Sequence record: SRR2962707_940
DNA length: 64,000 nucleotides
Strand: one strand, 5' to 3'
Under the pieces are notes generated by a model, which worked only from the letters and a program-made list of their open reading frames with translations, was not told the origin of the DNA and made no database searches. This document shows positions 60,508 to 64,000 of this stretch, piece after piece (within the stretch, counting starts at the first letter, position 1; the number at the start of each line of letters is the position of its first letter). Made by a program: the position numbers and the translations under genes.

Positions 60508-61254
60508 TTACTTATTAACCGCCGTAAATAAGCGATCTGTGCGCACATCTTCCGGCCAACGCCAAATTTCTAGCGGCGAAGCACCCTCAGCAAGTGAGAA
60601 GAAGATATAGTTTGCGCGGCCAACCAAATTTTCAAACGGCACGAAACCAACGGTAAAGCGGCTATCAGATGAATTATCGCGGTTATCGCCCATGGCGAAG
60701 AAATGACCATCTGGCACAACAAATTCGCGGGTATTATCGCCTTGCGTGCCATCTGTTAGATCAAGCGTATCGTAGCTAACGCCATTTGGCAGCGTTTCGC
60801 GGTAAACATCAACGGCGCGGTCAACTTCAGTGATATCAACATTGTCAATCGTGCCGGTTTTTACGCGTTTCACGGCCGTGCCATTGATATAGAGCTGGCC
60901 TTCTTTCATTTGAATTGTATCGCCTGGCAAACCAACCACGCGTTTAATATAGTCTAGCTTAGGATTTGGCGGGAACTTGAACACAACAACATCGCCGCGT
61001 TTTGGTTCTGAACCCCAAATGCGTCCGCTGAAAATATCAGGACCAAAGGGCAGTGAGTAGCGTGAATAACCGTATGCCCATTTCGTCACGAAGAGATAAT
61101 CGCCTTCAAGCAATGTCGGTCGCATAGAACCCGATGGAATTGAAAATGGTTGAAAAAGCAGAGACCGAATAACCACAGCCAGCAGCAGCGCTTGGATGAC
61201 AACTGATATGGTCTCGCCAATGCCGCCTGATTTTTTTTCTTTTGTTTTAGCCAA
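60508..61254 (-). CDS. lepB: Signal peptidase I
   Basis: IPSGSM.PTL, YIKRVVGLPGD, MGDNRDNSSDSR. Confidence 0.97.
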   Translation of the reverse strand: MAKTKEKKSGGIGETISVVIQALLLAVVIRSLLFQPFSIPSGSMRPTLLEGDYLFVTKWAYGYSRYSLPFGPDIFSGRIWGSEPKRGDVVVFKFPPNPKLDYIKRVVGLPGDTIQMKEGQLYINGTAVKRVKTGTIDNVDITEVDRAVDVYRETLPNGVSYDTLDLTDGTQGDNTREFVVPDGHFFAMGDNRDNSSDSRFTVGFVPFENLVGRANYIFFSLAEGASPLEIWRWPEDVRTDRLFTAVNK

Positions 61255-61347
61255 CTGATTCTTCCTCGTCTTTCAAAGTCGAATTATCACTCATGCGGCG
61301 CGTCATAAACCCTTCGCCGCAATGTCGCAATCAATTACACCCTATTG

Positions 61348-61749
61348 TTATGGTTGTGGCAGCGCTTCGATGATGACGAAGGCCTGCGCTAATGGATAAT
61401 CATCCGTTATGGTCAAATGTATGACCGGATAATGCGCCTCAGGCATCATGGATTGCAATTGTTTTTGCGCTCCGCCTGTCAATTCCATGGTCGGTTTGCC
61501 GCTTGGCAGATTGACGACGCCCATATCGCGCCAATAGACCCCGCGTGATATGCCCGTGCCCAATGCTTTGCACATGGCTTCTTTAGCCGCAAAGCGCTTT
61601 GCATAGGAGGCTGCGCGAGCTTTGCGCTTTTCAGATTTTCTCTGCTCAATTGGCGTATAGATTCGCTGAATGAAGCGATCACCATGATTTTCAAGCGTTT
61701 TTTCTATCCGCCGAATATCAATCAAATCGCTACCCAGCCCGATAATCAT
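61348..61749 (-). CDS. acpS: Holo-ACP synthase
   Basis: GLGSDLI, RFAAKEA..KALGTG, SGKP. Confidence 0.96.
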   Translation of the reverse strand: MIIGLGSDLIDIRRIEKTLENHGDRFIQRIYTPIEQRKSEKRKARAASYAKRFAAKEAMCKALGTGISRGVYWRDMGVVNLPSGKPTMELTGGAQKQLQSMMPEAHYPVIHLTITDDYPLAQAFVIIEALPQP

Positions 61750-62339
61750 GATGAAGCGCCTGCCTCTTTAGACGGCGCTTGCATATCTCGCGCTTCTTGA
61801 CGTGCTTGCGCCCGTGTAGAGCGTGCGTTTTGGAAAGCATTGGCCGCAGCGCGCATCGGAAAATAGAAAATCGCCCCTGCGATAAGACCTAGAGGAACGC
61901 CGCCAATTAGCATTGGCAGGATATAAGGATCCCAAACGGCCTGAAAACCTTCTGTTTTAAAAGTCGCCATAAAACCGCCTGCATGAGCAGCCGCTTCTAA
62001 CGGACGACCAAGGATAAAACGGCCAAGACCAAGCGTAGACGCCCAAATGATTGGGAATGTCAGCGGATTACCGACCGCCGTGCCAAGACCAGCGGCGATA
62101 AATGAGCTGCGCGTCAGCCAAGCAATGGTGAATGACAGGATGAAATGAAAGCCCATAAAAGGGGTAAAAGAAGCGAAAGTGCCAGCAGCAAAGCCTAAAG
62201 CGATGCCATGCGGCGTCGCACGAATGCGCATAACGCGCTTCCAAACGTAACGCGTAGAGCGTGCCCAATTGCGACGCGGCCAAAGATAGACGCGCATACG
62301 CGTCCAAAATTTATCTCTATCGCGTCTTTTGAAAAGCAT
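61746..62339 (-). CDS. DUF2062 family membrane protein
   Basis: [24 protein letters not shown]; between pyrE and acpS. Confidence 0.82.
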   Translation of the reverse strand: MLFKRRDRDKFWTRMRVYLWPRRNWARSTRYVWKRVMRIRATPHGIALGFAAGTFASFTPFMGFHFILSFTIAWLTRSSFIAAGLGTAVGNPLTFPIIWASTLGLGRFILGRPLEAAAHAGGFMATFKTEGFQAVWDPYILPMLIGGVPLGLIAGAIFYFPMRAAANAFQNARSTRAQARQEARDMQAPSKEAGASS

Positions 62340-62421
62340 CGACCGCTTCCGTTTAAATTATCTGAGCATCACATAAGGTGGCGGAACAACCGCTACAACC
62401 ATTATATGATAATTGGTTTAA

Positions 62422-63000
62422 CTAGATGTTGCGGCTGCCAGGTTTAATCGCGGGGATAGCGGCCAATTCAGGCGGCAATTTGTCCGCTTCATAGGCTGGC
62501 ACTTCATATTCAGCCAAGGCAACCAACGGCACGCCAACATCACATTTGCCGCCAGAACGGTCGATCAAGCAGGCCGCAGCAACCACTTCAACGCCCAGTT
62601 CTTTCATACATTCAATGGTTTCGCGGATTGAAAGACCGGTCGTCACAATATCTTCAACGATGACAACCTTATCGCCCGGCTCAACTTCAAAGCGGCGAAG
62701 CCTGAACTTGCCATCCTCGCGCTCCACCCAAATCGCTGTCGCATCCATGTGGCGTGATGTCTCATAGGCTGGAATAAGGCCGCCGATGGCTGGACCAACG
62801 ACATATTTCACATCGCCAAAACCAGCATCCTTGATTTTTTGCGCCAATGCTTTGCACAGTGCTTCTGTTTTGTCTGCGTGCATGAACACACGGGCTTTTT
62901 GCAAGAATATAGGGCTTCGCAGGCCGGAGGTTAGGATAAAGTGGCCTTCAAGAACGGCCCCTGCACTTTTGAAAATATCAATTACGTCTTCAGTATTCAT
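62422..63000 (-). CDS. pyrE: Orotate phosphoribosyltransferase
   Basis: GHFILTSG and [12 protein letters not shown] motif. Confidence 0.95.
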   Translation of the reverse strand: MNTEDVIDIFKSAGAVLEGHFILTSGLRSPIFLQKARVFMHADKTEALCKALAQKIKDAGFGDVKYVVGPAIGGLIPAYETSRHMDATAIWVEREDGKFRLRRFEVEPGDKVVIVEDIVTTGLSIRETIECMKELGVEVVAAACLIDRSGGKCDVGVPLVALAEYEVPAYEADKLPPELAAIPAIKPGSRNI

Positions 63001-63024
63001 CGTTCAAACCTATTTCTTGCTTTG

Positions 63025-63999
63025 CTAACCGTGCTTGCGTTCTGCCGTACTTACTGCGCCACTTTCGCGCAATTGCGCAAGCAGGCGGTTTAGGTGTTTT
63101 ACATCCCAAACTTCCAAATCAAACAACATTTCAGTGAAATCGGGCGCCGTGCGCGCCATCGACATGGTGTGAATGTTGCCATCATTATTGGCGATGATCG
63201 TTGCTATATCGGCAAGCGATCCGGGCGCATTAATCGCGGTAACGGCGATTTGCACTGGAAAACGCACGCGATTATTACGGTCGATATCCCAGCGCACATC
63301 AATCCAGCGGTCAGGCTGGTCATCATAAGCTGCCAATGCGGAAGATTCGATTGGATAGATCGTCAAACCTTTGCCCGGTGTGGCGATGCCGATAACGCGG
63401 TCGCCCGGAACGGCCCCTTCAGGCGCAAAGCGCACAGGCAAGTCACCGCTGCCACTGCGAATAGGCAAGGTGCGGTCATTGTCGCTGTCAGGATCTTCTT
63501 CTGGAAACTTGAACATCATGCCGTTGGCATTGGTCAAATTAAACCAGCCCTCGCCGATCAGATCGGGATGGGGGGCGCTGTTTTCGCTATCCAGTTCAAA
63601 GTCTGGGAAAACCGCTTTAAGCACGTTGGATGATGCCAGCTCGCCGCGGCCAACAGAGGCAAGCAAATCTTCAACATCGGTAAAGCCCAGCGGCTCAAAC
63701 CCATCTTTGAGAATTTCTTTAGAAAACGGTTTGGCGGCGCGCTGAAATGCACGCTCCAAAATGCGGCTGCCAAGGCCCGAATATTGCTTGCGCACAGCCA
63801 TGCGCGTTGCGCGGCGGATGGCCGAGCGCGCTTTGCCTGTGACAACGATATTTTCCCAAGCCGCAGGCGGTGACGCATTGCTGGAGCGAATGATTTCGAC
63901 TTCATCGCCATTTTGCAATTGTGAGACAAGCGGCATAATACGGCCGTTGATTTTCGCGCCAACACAGGCATTGCCGACATCGGTATGCACAGCATAGGC
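63025..63999 (-). CDS. spoT: RelA/SpoT homologue (C-terminal TGS...ACT part; 5' truncated by window edge)
   Basis: AYAVHTDVGN..GAKING (TGS), PGDRVIG, C-terminal ACT domain; frame is open to the window end. Confidence 0.93.
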   Translation of the reverse strand, partial: AYAVHTDVGNACVGAKINGRIMPLVSQLQNGDEVEIIRSSNASPPAAWENIVVTGKARSAIRRATRMAVRKQYSGLGSRILERAFQRAAKPFSKEILKDGFEPLGFTDVEDLLASVGRGELASSNVLKAVFPDFELDSENSAPHPDLIGEGWFNLTNANGMMFKFPEEDPDSDNDRTLPIRSGSGDLPVRFAPEGAVPGDRVIGIATPGKGLTIYPIESSALAAYDDQPDRWIDVRWDIDRNNRVRFPVQIAVTAINAPGSLADIATIIANNDGNIHTMSMARTAPDFTEMLFDLEVWDVKHLNRLLAQLRESGAVSTAERKHG

Positions 64000-64000
64000 G

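Overview
Chromosomal backbone of an alphaproteobacterium of the Hyphomicrobiales (Rhizobiales). GC looks close to 50% by eye; an Ahrensia/Phyllobacteriaceae-like marine organism is my inference from gene order and composition, not something the sequence proves. About 65 apparently intact CDSs. From left to right: ABC-F (partial), holC-pepA, lptFGD-surA-pdxA-rsmA, fabD-fabG-acpP-fabF-mltG-yicC-gmk, cpdB, rpsF-rpsR-DUF2232-rplI, dnaB-alr-radA-cvpA-purF-SDR, LysM-ABC(Atm1-like)-psd-pssA, LOG, GDPD, cysS-GFAx2-cimA-rarD, DUF2799-SRAP-LysE, NUDIX and hypotheticals, pyrC, ygfZ-HD-PTP, mscS, NCS1, a resolvase-like gene, nadABC, MFS, and rsh(partial)-pyrE-DUF2062-acpS-lepB-rnc-era-recO. I saw no rRNA, tRNA, CRISPR array, transposase or prophage. 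Four signals stand out. (1) A serine-resolvase homologue has lost most of its catalytic residues but kept its HTH; it is divergent from an NCS1 transporter across a phased repeat array, so it may be a recombinase domesticated as a regulator. (2) An unannotated ~116-nt, almost fully base-paired, strand-specific RNA lies between cysS and lysE, behind a perfect TTGACA. (3) A 23-bp motif is shared (20/23) by the lptF and surA upstream regions. (4) The rpsF leader can adopt two alternative structures. All family calls come from recognising motifs by eye; no searches or folding programs were run.
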